From contig OZ219787.1 of NCBI GenBank assembly GCA_964291285.2, positions 800,001-864,000 of the forward strand: a stretch of DNA of 64,000 nt, read 5' to 3'. Shown in pieces: positions 19,807 to 30,424 of this stretch. Every line of letters starts with the position of its first letter. Within the stretch, counting starts at the first letter, position 1. The translations under genes and the position numbers were made by a program. The notes beneath the pieces are model-generated. The model was given only the letters and a program-made list of their open reading frames with translations. It ran no database searches and was not told where the DNA came from. Origin of the DNA: Alphaproteobacteria bacterium (lineage in GTDB: Bacteria > Pseudomonadota > Alphaproteobacteria > Bin95).

Positions 19807-20444
19807 GCACCGCCATCGTCGATTACGGGTCCGGCAACCTCCGCTCGGCGGAAAAGGCGTTCGCGCGCGCGCTCGACGAGAACGGCGGAGGGGGCCCGGT
19901 GGTGGTGACGGCCGACCCCGACAGGGTAGCCGCTGCCGAGCGCATCGTGCTGCCCGGCGTCGGCGCCTTCGGCGACTGCCGCGCGGGCCTGTTCGACCTC
20001 GACGGCATGGTGGAGGCGCTGGAGGAGGCGGTGGTCGCCGGGGGGCGGCCGTTCCTCGGCATCTGCGTCGGCATGCAGCTGATGGCCGAGCGGGGGCTGG
20101 AGCACGGCGTGCATGAGGGCCTCGGCTGGCTGCCCGGCAGCGTCGTGGCGCTGGAGCCGGGCGACCCGGCCCTCAAGGTGCCGCATATGGGCTGGAACGG
20201 CCTGTCGGCGGTGGCCGACCACCCCGTGCTGGCCGGCCTCGAGAACGGCGGCCATGTCTATTTCGTGCATTCCTACCGGTTTCAGCCGGCGGAGGAGGAC
20301 GACATGCTGGCGGAGAGCGACCATGGCGGGCGCTTCGCCGCCGTTGTCGGTCGCGGCAATTTGATCGGCACGCAATTCCATCCCGAGAAGAGCCAGGTAT
20401 ATGGATTGCGTCTCATCGCGAACTTCCTCGATTGGCGGCCCTGA
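19803..20444 (+). CDS. hisH: Imidazole glycerol phosphate synthase glutaminase subunit
   Basis: 'DYGSGNLRS', 'GICVGMQ', 'QFHPEKS'. Confidence 0.97.
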   Translation: MSTAIVDYGSGNLRSAEKAFARALDENGGGGPVVVTADPDRVAAAERIVLPGVGAFGDCRAGLFDLDGMVEALEEAVVAGGRPFLGICVGMQLMAERGLEHGVHEGLGWLPGSVVALEPGDPALKVPHMGWNGLSAVADHPVLAGLENGGHVYFVHSYRFQPAEEDDMLAESDHGGRFAAVVGRGNLIGTQFHPEKSQVYGLRLIANFLDWRP

Positions 20445-20445
20445 G

Positions 20446-20985
20446 ATGACGGACATTCGGGTAGAGCTCCTCAAGTCGCTTGAAGGGACCGACCTGTTCG
20501 ATCTCTGCGAGGCGACCGACGCGGCGATACTGGACGGCGGCGGATTCGGATTCGTGTCCCCGCCCGAGCGCAGCTGGCTCGAACGCTACTGGCAGGGCGT
20601 GCTGCTGGTGCCTGAGCGCAGCCTGTTCGTCGCCCGGCAGTCGGGCGCGATCTGCGGCTCCGTGCAGATGGTGGCGCCGCCGCGCAACAACGAGGCCCAG
20701 AAGTCCATTGTCGCCGTGCAGCATCTTTTCGTGGCCCCCTGGGCGCGCGGCCTGGGCGTCGGCAGCCTGTTGATGGAGGCCGTGGAAGAGGAGGCGCGGA
20801 AGCGCCGTTTCAGGGTCATCAATCTCGATGTGCGGGAAACCCAGACCCAGGCGATAACCATGTACGAAACGCTCGGCTACAGGCGTTGGGGGGTCCACCC
20901 GAAATACGCCCATGTCCGCGGCGAGTGGGTGCCGGGCATCTACTTCTACAAGGACGTGCCGCCTCCGGGGAAACGGCGCGACTGA
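20446..20985 (+). CDS. GNAT family N-acetyltransferase
   Basis: '[12 protein letters not shown]', '[19 protein letters not shown]'. Confidence 0.88.
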   Translation: MTDIRVELLKSLEGTDLFDLCEATDAAILDGGGFGFVSPPERSWLERYWQGVLLVPERSLFVARQSGAICGSVQMVAPPRNNEAQKSIVAVQHLFVAPWARGLGVGSLLMEAVEEEARKRRFRVINLDVRETQTQAITMYETLGYRRWGVHPKYAHVRGEWVPGIYFYKDVPPPGKRRD

Positions 20986-21719
20986 TGATCGTCTATCCGG
21001 CCATCGACCTCAAGGACGGCTCCTGCGTGCGCCTGGTCCAGGGCGATATGGGCCGGGTGACGGTGTTCAACGACGACCCTGCCGACCAGGCCGGACGGTT
21101 CGAGGCGGCGGGATTCGCCTGGCTGCATCTGGTGGACCTGAACGGTGCTGTCGAGGGCGAGCCGGTGAATGCCGAGGCCGTCGAGACCGTACTCGGCGCC
21201 GTCGACCTGCCGGTCCAGCTGGGCGGCGGCATCCGCGACATGGCGACGATCGAGATGTGGCTCGGCAAGGGCGTGCGCCGGGTCGTGCTCGGCACGGCGG
21301 CGCTGAACGACCCGGAACTCGTCCGCTCCGCCTGCCGCCGGTTCCCGGACCGGATCGTCGTGGGTATCGATGCGCGCGACGGCATGGTCGCCACCAGGGG
21401 CTGGACGGAGACCTCGGAAACCCCGGCGCTCGATCTCGCGCTCCGTTTCGAGGATGCCGGCGTCGCGGCCATCGTGTTCACCGACATCGCCCGCGACGGC
21501 GCGCTCGGCGGCGTCAACATGGATGCGACGGTGGACCTCGCCTGGGCGTTGACCACCCCGGTCATCGCCTCGGGGGGCGTGTCGGACCATGACGACCTCC
21601 GGGCGATCTACGCCGAGCGGGACTCGGGCATAGAAGGGGTGATCTGCGGGCGCGCGCTCTATGACGGGCGGATCGACCCGGCGACGGCGCTGCGCATTGC
21701 GGCGGGCGGCGAATGCTGA
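20985..21719 (+). CDS. hisA: ProFAR isomerase
   Basis: '[14 protein letters not shown]', 'QLGGGIRD', 'TDIARDG'. Confidence 0.96.
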   Translation: MIVYPAIDLKDGSCVRLVQGDMGRVTVFNDDPADQAGRFEAAGFAWLHLVDLNGAVEGEPVNAEAVETVLGAVDLPVQLGGGIRDMATIEMWLGKGVRRVVLGTAALNDPELVRSACRRFPDRIVVGIDARDGMVATRGWTETSETPALDLALRFEDAGVAAIVFTDIARDGALGGVNMDATVDLAWALTTPVIASGGVSDHDDLRAIYAERDSGIEGVICGRALYDGRIDPATALRIAAGGEC

Positions 21720-22483
21720 CCGTGCGCGTCATCCCCTGTCTGGACGTGGACGCCGGCAGGGTTGTGAAGGGCGTCAATTTCGTGGACCTGCGCGATATGG
21801 GCGATCCCGTGGAGCAGGCGCGGTTCTACGACGCATCGGGCGCGGACGAGCTCTGCTTTCTCGACATCACCGCGAGCCACGAGCAGCGCGATACGATCCT
21901 CGACGTGGTGCGCCGCACCGCCGAGGGCTGCTTTATGCCGGTGACCGTGGGAGGCGGCATCCGCACGGTGGAGAACATCCGCAACCTGCTGCTGGCCGGC
22001 GCGGACAAGGTCTCCATAAACACGGCCGCGGTCGCCCGCCCGGAATTCGTGCGGGAAGCCGCGCGCAAGTTCGGCACGCAGTGCATTACGGTTGCGGTCG
22101 ATGCGAAGCGCACAGGACCCGGCCGGTGGGAGGTCTTCACCCATGGCGGGCGGCGCCCGACCGGGATAGAGGCGGTCGGCTGGGCGGAACGCATGGTCTC
22201 GTTCGGGGCCGGCGAAATCCTGCTGACCTCGATGGACCGGGACGGCACGAAGGACGGCTACGACCTGGCGCTTACGCGCGCGGTCGCCGATGCGGTGCCG
22301 GTGCCTGTCATTGCGTCCGGCGGGGTCGGCTCGCTCGACCATCTTGCCGAGGGCGTGGCCGAGGGCCGCGCCTCGGCCGTGCTTGCCGCCTCGATCTTCC
22401 ACGACCGCATCTACTCCATCGCCGACGCCAAGCGGTCCATGGCGGCGGCCGGCATCCCGGTGCGCCCGGAGCCCCGAATATGA
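21713..22483 (+). CDS. hisF: Imidazole glycerol phosphate synthase cyclase subunit
   Basis: '[17 protein letters not shown]', '[12 protein letters not shown]'. Confidence 0.97.
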   Translation: MLTVRVIPCLDVDAGRVVKGVNFVDLRDMGDPVEQARFYDASGADELCFLDITASHEQRDTILDVVRRTAEGCFMPVTVGGGIRTVENIRNLLLAGADKVSINTAAVARPEFVREAARKFGTQCITVAVDAKRTGPGRWEVFTHGGRRPTGIEAVGWAERMVSFGAGEILLTSMDRDGTKDGYDLALTRAVADAVPVPVIASGGVGSLDHLAEGVAEGRASAVLAASIFHDRIYSIADAKRSMAAAGIPVRPEPRI

Positions 22484-22794
22484 GCGAGACGGATATTCTC
22501 GACCGGCTTTATGCGGTCATCGAAAGCCGGCGCGGCGCCGACCCGGAAACCTCGCGCACCGCGCGCTACTTCCTGCTGGGACGAGAGAAGATTGCGCAGA
22601 AGGTGGGCGAGGAAGCCGTCGAGACGGTCATCGAAGCGGTGCGCGGCGACCGGGACCGGCTGGTCGAGGAAAGCGCGGACCTGCTCTACCACCTGCTGGT
22701 GCTCTGGGCGGATGCGGGCGTGACACCCGACGATGTGCGCGCCGCGCTGGCCTGGCGCGAAGGCAAACCCGACGCAAGCGAGCGATCCCGATGA
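22480..22794 (+). CDS. hisE: Phosphoribosyl-ATP pyrophosphatase
   Basis: 'KVGEEAVET', '[11 protein letters not shown]'. Confidence 0.95.
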   Translation: MSETDILDRLYAVIESRRGADPETSRTARYFLLGREKIAQKVGEEAVETVIEAVRGDRDRLVEESADLLYHLLVLWADAGVTPDDVRAALAWREGKPDASERSR

Positions 22795-23150
22795 GCTACG
22801 ACGACGACAATATCTTTGCGCGCATCCTGCGGGGCGAGATCCCCTGCGACAAGGTGTATGAAAACGGTCAGGCGCTCGCCTTCCGCGACATCGCGCCGAA
22901 GGCCCCGACCCATGTGCTGGTGATCCCCAGGGGCCGCTACGAAACGCTGCACGAGTTTGCCGAGAAAGGCAGCGACGCCGAGCTGGCCGACTGGGTGCGC
23001 GCCATGGCGGCGGTCGCACGCGCCGAAGGCGTGACCGAAGACGGCTACCGCGCGACCGTCAATAACGGCCGCCACGGCAACCAGGAAGTGCCGCATGTGC
23101 ATGCGCACATCGTTGGCGGCCGCCAGCTCGGCGGCGCGCCGCGCGGATAG
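22791..23150 (+). CDS. HIT family nucleotide-binding protein
   Basis: 'NIFARILRGEIP', histidine triad 'QEVPHVHAHI'. Confidence 0.93.
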   Translation: MSYDDDNIFARILRGEIPCDKVYENGQALAFRDIAPKAPTHVLVIPRGRYETLHEFAEKGSDAELADWVRAMAAVARAEGVTEDGYRATVNNGRHGNQEVPHVHAHIVGGRQLGGAPRG

Positions 23151-23223
23151 GGCCCGGCGGAACCGCGGCGGCGATGAAAGCCGGCTGCGGCATTGCGAAG
23201 GCCCGCGCCCCGTTCAGGCGCAC

Positions 23224-24306
23224 TCAATCGAGAATGGACCGGACCTCCTCCCAGAGAGCGATGGTCGTATCCGTCGCTGAAGCTGTGGGCGCAAGCCTGG
23301 CTGACTGACCGGCCCAGGCCTGCATGCCGGCAAGGTCGTCGGTCCTGGCGGCTTCGCTTCGCATCGCCTGTGTGAGATGGCGCTGGATCGGATATGGCGC
23401 CGGCGCTGGCGCTTCCGGGGACGCCGCTGCGAGCGCGTATCGGGTACGGATGCTTCGACCAAGGCGTCCCGAAAACGCGCGGGTGGCGATGGTGTCCTCA
23501 GGCCGGACATCGCCGAGCGCAGCCACCCATGCCGACGGGAGTTTCGCTTCCGGCGCGCGCAGAAACCCCGTGCCGATCTGGACGGCGGAAGCGCCGAGGA
23601 GAAGCGCGGCGGAAATCCCTCTGGCGTCGGCGATGCCTCCGGTGGCGACAACCGGCGCCCGGATGGCGTCCACAATAGCCGGCACGAGCGAAAACAGGCC
23701 GACCATGTTCGACTCGGCATCGGCCCCGTCGAATGCGCCCCGATGACCGCCCGCCTCCATGCCCTGCGCCACGATGACATCGGTGCCGGCCTCTTCGGCC
23801 ATGACCGCTTCGGCGACGGTAGTGGCGGTCGCGAACCAGCGGATCTTGCGCTGCTTCATTCGGGAGACGAATTCCGGAGGATAAAGGCCCATGATGGACG
23901 AGATCGCGGCGGGTCCGGCGTCAAGCATCGCCTCGCACTGACCGGCGAAGTCGGGCGGCGGCGTGTCGGCGGCGTCTTCCGGGGCCGCCGGACCCCAGCA
24001 GAACAGGAACTCGCGGACCGAGCGCTCATGATCCGGATTCCGCTCCGGATCGGGGTCCGGAATCCAGGTGTTGAGTTGGAAGGCGCCGCTCGAACCCGAG
24101 CGCATTTCACGGACCCAGTCGGCAATCTGCCCGGCGCTCATCATCAACACGCCGCAGGCGCCCATTCCGCCTCCGTTCGCTACGGCGATCGACAATGAAG
24201 CCGGACAGGCTCCGGCCATCGGCGCCAGCAATATCGGCACCTGAAGGCCATGCGCATCGGCGAACTCTTGAGCGCGCGCCATCGCCTTCCCGGAGTTGCC
24301 CATCAT
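23224..24306 (-). CDS. Nitronate monooxygenase family flavoprotein
   Basis: 'PILLAPMAG', 'QGMEAGGHRG', 'ATGGIAD', 'VQIGTGF'. Confidence 0.9.
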   Translation of the reverse strand: MMGNSGKAMARAQEFADAHGLQVPILLAPMAGACPASLSIAVANGGGMGACGVLMMSAGQIADWVREMRSGSSGAFQLNTWIPDPDPERNPDHERSVREFLFCWGPAAPEDAADTPPPDFAGQCEAMLDAGPAAISSIMGLYPPEFVSRMKQRKIRWFATATTVAEAVMAEEAGTDVIVAQGMEAGGHRGAFDGADAESNMVGLFSLVPAIVDAIRAPVVATGGIADARGISAALLLGASAVQIGTGFLRAPEAKLPSAWVAALGDVRPEDTIATRAFSGRLGRSIRTRYALAAASPEAPAPAPYPIQRHLTQAMRSEAARTDDLAGMQAWAGQSARLAPTASATDTTIALWEEVRSILD

Positions 24307-24468
24307 CCCTCCTTGCCCGGTGCGGTTGACCGAGTAATGGACGTCGCGAATCTCGTCTGCAACAGGATTCTCTGCCCGGACGCCCGGCCTTGGACGTCGC
24401 GATCACGGCGGCCTCCGCGAAGGCGGGACCGCAATCTTCCCGTGAGTCGAAAACTGAGGCCGCCAGTA

Positions 24469-25821
24469 CTAGTCCTTCGCCTTGCGCGGCTTGACCCGGT
24501 TGAGGATGTCCTGCGCCCGGTGCCAGTCGGCGGAGTGTTCCGGGAGCTTGCGGACGGCGCGGCCGGCAAGGGCGGCGGCGCGGCGGATATCGCCCGTGAG
24601 AATGGCGTGTTCGGCCAGCGCAAGGTCGGCGAATTCGGGCCGGCCCGAACGGCCCTCGGCGATGCCGAGCCAGTACCAGCCGCTCGCGCTTCGCGGCGTG
24701 CGGCGGACGGCCTCGCGCAGATTGCGGATGGCCTCCGCGAGCGTCTGCCGCGTCCCGGCCTCGATGGCGGCCCGGCCGAGCTCGACGCGGATGAGGCTTG
24801 CATGGGGAGAGAGGCGAACGGCCTGCCGATAGGATTCCAGCGCCTCCGCGCCGCGCCCGTTCTCGAACAGCATCTGGCCCCGGAGCTCGTGGAAGTAGGG
24901 GTCTTCCGGCGCCTCCGCGATGAGGCCGTCGATCAGGATGAGCGCCTCGCCGAGGTTCGGGACGCGGTAATGGGCGATCGCGCGGGCGTAACGCGCCGCT
25001 ACGCTCCCGTCCGAGGCGTCGTAACGCGCGAGCGTCTCCTCCGGAGGATTGAGAAATCCGTCGAGCTTGGCGACCATCCGGGCATGGCGGCGGTAGAAGC
25101 TGTCCGGCAGTTTCCTCCCGGTCCAGGGGGAACGCGCCGCATGGTCGCGCACGATCCGGATACGGTCTTCGGTGAGGGGGTGGGTGCGTCGATACACATC
25201 CCCGCCTCCTCCTCCGATCGTCTCGCGATGCTCGAGAATCCCGAGGAATTCCGCGAAGCCCCGCGATGAAACTTTCGCCCCGTCGAGATACTTCAGGGCC
25301 GCCTGGTCGGCCGCCGACTCCTCTGTGCGGGAATGGCGCAGCAGGCCGTGCTCGGCCAGCGCGGCGCCGCCCGATATCAGCGCCTGCGCGACGCGCGGGT
25401 CCCCCGTGGCGATGCCGGCGGCCGCGCCGAGCGCCGTCGAGAGGATCGCCTGTGCCGTCCGGTTCTCGACTTCGTCCTTGAGGCGGGCGAGATGTCCGCC
25501 GACGATGTGGCCCGTTTCATGCGCGATCACGGCGATGACCTGGCCGGGGCTCTCGCTGACCCGCAACAGCCCGGTGTACAGGAATATCCGCATCCCGTTG
25601 GAAACGAAGGCGTTCACCTGGTCGCTATTCACGAGGTGCAGGCGTATGCTTTCCGGGTGAAGACCGGCGGCTTCGAAGACCGGACCCGCGAAGATGCGAA
25701 GCGTTTCCTCTATTTCCGCGTCGCGGACCAGCTTGATGGACCGGGCTTCCGAAGGTGCGGCGGCCGAAAATGCAAGCAGCGCGGCGAAGAGGCCGCAGAG
25801 AAGGGATCGCATGGGCCTCAT
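24469..25821 (-). CDS. M48 family metalloprotease with TPRs (BepA/YfgC-like)
   Basis: Signal peptide; 'VNAF', HExxH 'AHETGH', 'ESAAD', 'THP'; TPR-like C-terminus. Confidence 0.92.
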   Translation of the reverse strand: MRPMRSLLCGLFAALLAFSAAAPSEARSIKLVRDAEIEETLRIFAGPVFEAAGLHPESIRLHLVNSDQVNAFVSNGMRIFLYTGLLRVSESPGQVIAVIAHETGHIVGGHLARLKDEVENRTAQAILSTALGAAAGIATGDPRVAQALISGGAALAEHGLLRHSRTEESAADQAALKYLDGAKVSSRGFAEFLGILEHRETIGGGGGDVYRRTHPLTEDRIRIVRDHAARSPWTGRKLPDSFYRRHARMVAKLDGFLNPPEETLARYDASDGSVAARYARAIAHYRVPNLGEALILIDGLIAEAPEDPYFHELRGQMLFENGRGAEALESYRQAVRLSPHASLIRVELGRAAIEAGTRQTLAEAIRNLREAVRRTPRSASGWYWLGIAEGRSGRPEFADLALAEHAILTGDIRRAAALAGRAVRKLPEHSADWHRAQDILNRVKPRKAKD

Positions 25822-25870
25822 GGATGGCGACCTTGCAAGGCGTCCCGGGCAAGCTAGGCGCCGGACCGGT

Positions 25871-27100
25871 TTGCGTCAATTGGTGCCTGCGATTGCGGTC
25901 GCACTGCTGCTAGGCGCGTGCGGAACCGTCCCCGGCGTCGACCCGGCGGCCGCCCCGCGCCAGAACTATCTGGGCAGCGTCGCCGCCGGCGAGCCCAACG
26001 CCGCGCTCACCGCCCGGGACATTCTGAAAGCCGGCGGTTCCGCTGCGGACGCCGCGGCGGCGCTGGCCCTGACCCTGGCCGTGACCATGCCGTCCCGCGC
26101 CAGCCTCTGGGCCGGCGGCGCCTGCCTCGTGCATGACCCGGAGGACGGGGACCGGCGGGTCTATTCCTTCATCCATCCCGCGGGCGGGGACGGCGAAGCG
26201 CCGCCGCCCATGCTGGTGAGGGGGATGGCGCTCATGCACGCGGCGCACGGCCGTCTGCGTTGGGGCGCGGTGACGGCGGCGGCCGAGCGGCTCGCCCTGC
26301 TGGGCCATCCCGTGTCGCGGGCCTTCGCGCGCGACATCGGGGCCGCGCCGGAACGGGCGGCGGCGGTTCTTGCCGGCGGGCATCTCCGGGAGGGCGAGCT
26401 GCTGGCGCAGCCGCAGCTGGCGCGGACGCTGGGCCGCATCCGCCTGGACGGGCCGGGCGCGCTCCATGCCGGCCCCCTGGCGGACGCGCTGGTCCGGGGG
26501 GCGGCCGCTGCGGGATACCGCCTCGACGCGCCGGCGCTGGAGCGCGCCCTGCCGTCCAGGCGTGAACCGCTGTCCGCCGAAGCCGGATCCTGGCGGGCCT
26601 GGTTCCTGGCCGACGAGGCAAGCGGCGGGCCGCGGCAGGCCGCCCTGTGGCCGCAGCTTGCGCAAGACGACTGGATCGCCGGCGACGCCGCGCCCGCAGT
26701 CGCGGCACGGGCCGGGACGGAGGGAATGCCCCGCGGCGGCGGAACCGGCTTCGCGGTCGTGGACGCCGAAGGGCTTGCGGTTTCCTGCGGCGTCACCATG
26801 AACGCGCTCTTCGGAGCCGGCGGGACGGCCGCGGGCACCGGTATCGCGATCGCCGCGCCCAGGGCGGAGGGCGCGGTCGATTCCGCCCTGTCGCCGTTCC
26901 TGGTTGCCCACGGTTCCGGAGGCGATATCCGCTTCGCCGGCTCTGGTGCCGGCGCCGGGCCGGAAACGGGGGTCGGGAAGACCGGCCTCGTCGCGGCGGT
27001 CCGGTGCGGGAAGCGGACGCCGGGCGGCGACGGCGCGGCCTGCACGGCCCACGCGGACCCGGGCGGCGCGGGGCTGGCCGTGCAGGTCTTCGGCGAGTAG
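25871..27100 (+). CDS. Gamma-glutamyltransferase-family lipoprotein (shortened)
   Basis: Lipobox 'LLLGAC'; 'ILKAGGSAADAA', 'HGRLRW', 'TGFAVVDAEGLAVS'; start uncertain. Confidence 0.75.
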   Translation: MRQLVPAIAVALLLGACGTVPGVDPAAAPRQNYLGSVAAGEPNAALTARDILKAGGSAADAAAALALTLAVTMPSRASLWAGGACLVHDPEDGDRRVYSFIHPAGGDGEAPPPMLVRGMALMHAAHGRLRWGAVTAAAERLALLGHPVSRAFARDIGAAPERAAAVLAGGHLREGELLAQPQLARTLGRIRLDGPGALHAGPLADALVRGAAAAGYRLDAPALERALPSRREPLSAEAGSWRAWFLADEASGGPRQAALWPQLAQDDWIAGDAAPAVAARAGTEGMPRGGGTGFAVVDAEGLAVSCGVTMNALFGAGGTAAGTGIAIAAPRAEGAVDSALSPFLVAHGSGGDIRFAGSGAGAGPETGVGKTGLVAAVRCGKRTPGGDGAACTAHADPGGAGLAVQVFGE

Positions 27101-27106
27101 GCGGCC

Positions 27107-28253
27107 GTGGCATTTCAGGTTTCCCGCCGGGGCGGGATCGACCCCTTCATCGTCCTGCAGGTGCTGCGCGCGGCGGGCGAACGCGCCGCGGCCGGCAAGG
27201 CGGTATTCCCCCTCCAGATCGGGCAGCCGAGTACCCCGGCGCCGGCGGGCGCGCGCGAAGCCGCAAAGGCCGCCATCGACGAACGGGTACTTGGCTATAC
27301 CGACGCACCGGGCATCGAGCCGTTGCGCCGGCGCATCGCGCTGCATTACCGCGAGCACTACGGAGAGGAGGTCGCCCCGGAACGGGTGTTCGTCACGACG
27401 GGGTCCTCCGGCGGTTTCGTGCTCGCCTTTCTCGCCGCCTTCGACGCCGGCGCGCGGGTGGTGCTCACCGACCCGAGCTATCCCTGCTACCGCAACATGC
27501 TGGGGGCGCTCGGCATCGAGACCGTGCAGGTGCCGACGGGGCCGGAGACGCGCTTCCAGCCGACGCCCGAACTCCTCGAACGGGTCGAAGGGCCGGTGGA
27601 CGGGCTGGTGGTGGCGAGCCCGTCGAACCCGACCGGCTCCATGCTGCCGCCGGAAGCGCTCGCCCGCCTGGCGGCATGGTGCCACGACCGCGGCGTCCGC
27701 CTGGTCTCGGACGAGATCTACCACGGCATCGCCTACGGCATGGAGGAGGCGACGGCGGCCGGCTCGCCCTCCGCCGTCACCGTCAACAGCTTCTCGAAAT
27801 ATTTCTCGATGACCGGCTGGCGGATCGGCTGGCTGGTATTGCCGGAGGACCTCGCGGTTGCGGTGGAACGGCCGGGGCCAGAACCTGTTCCTGAATACGC
27901 CGACAGTGTCCCAATACGCCGCGCTCGCCGCCTTCGACTGCCGCGAGGAATTGGAAGCCAATGTCCGGCGCTACGCCCGCAACCGGGAGATCCTGCTCTC
28001 CGCCCTGCCGGCGATGGGCATTCCCGATTTCGCGACGCCGGACGGGGCCTTCTACGTCTATGCCGATATCGGCCACCTGACGAATGACAGCATGGCCTTC
28101 TGCCGGCGGCTGCTGGACGAGACCGGCGTGGCGATCACCCCCGGCGTCGATTTCGACCGGGAGCGCGGCAGCCGTACCGTCCGCCTCAGCTACTGCGCCG
28201 CGACCGAGGATGTCGAAGCGGCGATGGACCTGCTTGCCCATTTTCTAAAGTAA
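27107..28253 (+). pseudogene. Class I/II PLP-dependent aminotransferase with a +1 frameshift near 27874-27877
   Basis: 'SPSNPTG', 'SDEIYHG', 'NSFSKYFSMTGWRIGW' in one frame; 'QNLF..PTVSQYAALAAF...GAFYVY...TPGVDF' continues in another frame. Confidence 0.8.
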
Positions 28254-28328
28254 AACACAGGTCTTTGTATTCCTTGCAAACCAAATGCCTCTATTTTCGG
28301 CAATGGCAAGGCGAAGCCGAGGCCTTAG

Positions 28329-30342
28329 CCCGACTTCCGCAACTCGGGGGTCATGAGGATGCTAACTCATTGAATAGCCTTGATCGTCTCCCCGAGGGTC
28401 GGCACTACAAGGCGGCGAACGGAGAGGCGGCGCCGTGTGCCGTCAGGCGGAGATCCGGGGTGCGGGTTGCTGCGGCCAGGTCATGCCGAGCTGTTGCAGC
28501 AGTAGCTCGTGCTCCTTGTTCGGCCGGGTGTGGCGCGGCAGGACGAGGTGCCGGCCGTCGGTGGTTGGCAGATGGACGTCCACCATCTGGATGGTGGCGA
28601 AGGCCTCAAGGATGGCGCGTGGGGTGAGGCCCGGGGCGCGCGGCCGGGCGAGGTTCTTCAGGGTCACCAGCAGGCAGTAGGCGATGAACGAGACGAAGAT
28701 ATGCGCCTCGATGCGCTCTTGGCGCTGATGGAAGATGGGGCGGATCGCGAGGTCGTGCTTGAGTTCCTTGAACGCCTGCTCGATCTCGACGAGCTGCATG
28801 TACAGATGCCACAGCGTGGCGGGGTCTTCGGCGACCATGTTGGATCGCAGCAGGTAACGGCCCTCGCGGCGGCGGACCTGGCGCAGCCGGTCGCGCTGCA
28901 GGCGGAATGAGAAGCCGTTGGCGGCGAGTTCGCTGTCGGTCCCGGGCACGGTGATGTCGACCAGGCTCCAGGCCCGGCCGGCCTCCTTCCTGGCGGCGCC
29001 GAGCTTGAGCAACAACTGATCCCGGCTGTTCGACTGCCCTTGCAACTCGGCCAATCGACGCCACAGCCTCTTCAGCCGGCGCCGGCGCATGCCGCGTTCC
29101 TTCACCTGCCGCCCCTCGCTGCGCACCAGGACGTAGAGCTCGCCATCCTCGACCAGAAGCTTGACAGTCACGGACTGGCGCACCTCCTGCCAGGGCAGGC
29201 CCAGGAACACCTTCTCGAGCCGCGTCAGCCGGCCCTTGGGCGTGCCCACCAGGTAGCGCACCGGCGCCTCGCCCTCGCGCATCGCGGCCAGCGTCTCCTC
29301 GGTGGGGATGCCGCGGTCCATGATCCACACCCGCTCGGAGCGGCCATACTGATCCTCGATCTTCTTGAGGAACGCCGCCAGCGTGGTGTCGTCGGAGGTG
29401 TTGCCCGGCATCACCTCATAGGCCAGCGGAAAGCCCTGCGGCGTAACGATCAGGGCGATCACCACCTGCACGCAGTCGGGCCGCTTGTCCCGGCTGTAGC
29501 CGAAGCGGCGCTTGTCATCGAACGGCGGATCGCTCTCGAAGTAGGTCGAGGTCAGGTCGTAGAGCAGCACGTCGAAGCGCGCCTCGAACAGCGTCGCCCA
29601 GCGGTCGCGCAGAAACGAGAAGAAGCCCTGCTTGTGCGCCAGCAGCTTGTCGAGACAGCGATAGAGTGTGTCGTCGGCGATCGCCCGCTCGCCACCCAGA
29701 AGATCGCGAAGCGCGCTGTGCTCATACCAGTGACGGTGAAGGCGCCACTCGCTGCCCGGGTCGATCAGCCGGTAGCAGACCTGGATCTTCAGGATGTCCA
29801 GCCACCGCGTGCCTTGCCGGCTCGCCGGCAGCCGCTCTTCCCAGAAGCGGTCCAGGTCCAGGCGGTCCCACAAGGACAGCGCCAGCCAGCACGCCCCCCA
29901 CTGGCGCGGGTCGTGAAGCGCCACCTGCGAGAGGTCGATCTTCACCACTTCGCAAGTCAGCGCCGGCGCCTCCCGGTCCTCGGGAAACAGCGCCATCTGC
30001 CGTGATCGCGACTTGCCCTCCACCACCTCGATCGAGCGGCACCACGCCGCTCGCTGGCTGTCGTTGATCTCCCCGAGATAGAGCACCTGACGCTGAACAA
30101 CCCGACCGCCGTGGACCCGGACGTTCTCCACAACGCTCCAGTAGCGGTGCTCCTTGCCGTCCTTGAAGCGTCTCTTGCAGCGCACGAACATCAGCGCAGC
30201 GTCCGGATCTTCGCCAGCCCGATCAAGGGGGTAGGTCGGCACTACAAGCCGGTCCCGAGAGGTACTGCACCGAAATCCGACACTTCTCGCGCCGGAAAAC
30301 CGTCAAATCAGTCGATTCTCAAGCCGAGTTGCGGAAGTCGGG
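28329..30342 (-). mobile_element. IS1634-family element, copy 1 (2014 bp)
   Basis: 19-bp TIR cccgacttccgcaactcgg; flanks TTAG / GTAG (imperfect duplication). Confidence 0.92.
28443..30191 (-). CDS. IS1634-family DDE transposase
   Basis: 'YDLTSTYFE', 'GYSRDKRPD', 'IMDRGI', 'IEQAFKELK'; likely start MFVRC. Confidence 0.92.
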   Translation of the reverse strand: MFVRCKRRFKDGKEHRYWSVVENVRVHGGRVVQRQVLYLGEINDSQRAAWCRSIEVVEGKSRSRQMALFPEDREAPALTCEVVKIDLSQVALHDPRQWGACWLALSLWDRLDLDRFWEERLPASRQGTRWLDILKIQVCYRLIDPGSEWRLHRHWYEHSALRDLLGGERAIADDTLYRCLDKLLAHKQGFFSFLRDRWATLFEARFDVLLYDLTSTYFESDPPFDDKRRFGYSRDKRPDCVQVVIALIVTPQGFPLAYEVMPGNTSDDTTLAAFLKKIEDQYGRSERVWIMDRGIPTEETLAAMREGEAPVRYLVGTPKGRLTRLEKVFLGLPWQEVRQSVTVKLLVEDGELYVLVRSEGRQVKERGMRRRRLKRLWRRLAELQGQSNSRDQLLLKLGAARKEAGRAWSLVDITVPGTDSELAANGFSFRLQRDRLRQVRRREGRYLLRSNMVAEDPATLWHLYMQLVEIEQAFKELKHDLAIRPIFHQRQERIEAHIFVSFIAYCLLVTLKNLARPRAPGLTPRAILEAFATIQMVDVHLPTTDGRHLVLPRHTRPNKEHELLLQQLGMTWPQQPAPRISA

Positions 30343-30424
30343 GTAGCACCGCCCGGACGGCTTTTCATCCCGGACGAACGGCGCAGAGTGTCGACCCAAG
30401 TACAGCTTGCGGCCGGCCCCTGGC

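Noticed and set aside
28303-28328. Gene start (MARRSRGL) cut by IS copy 1
   Set aside because: No RBS, and the continuation beyond the IS runs antisense into tauD without recognisable protein features.
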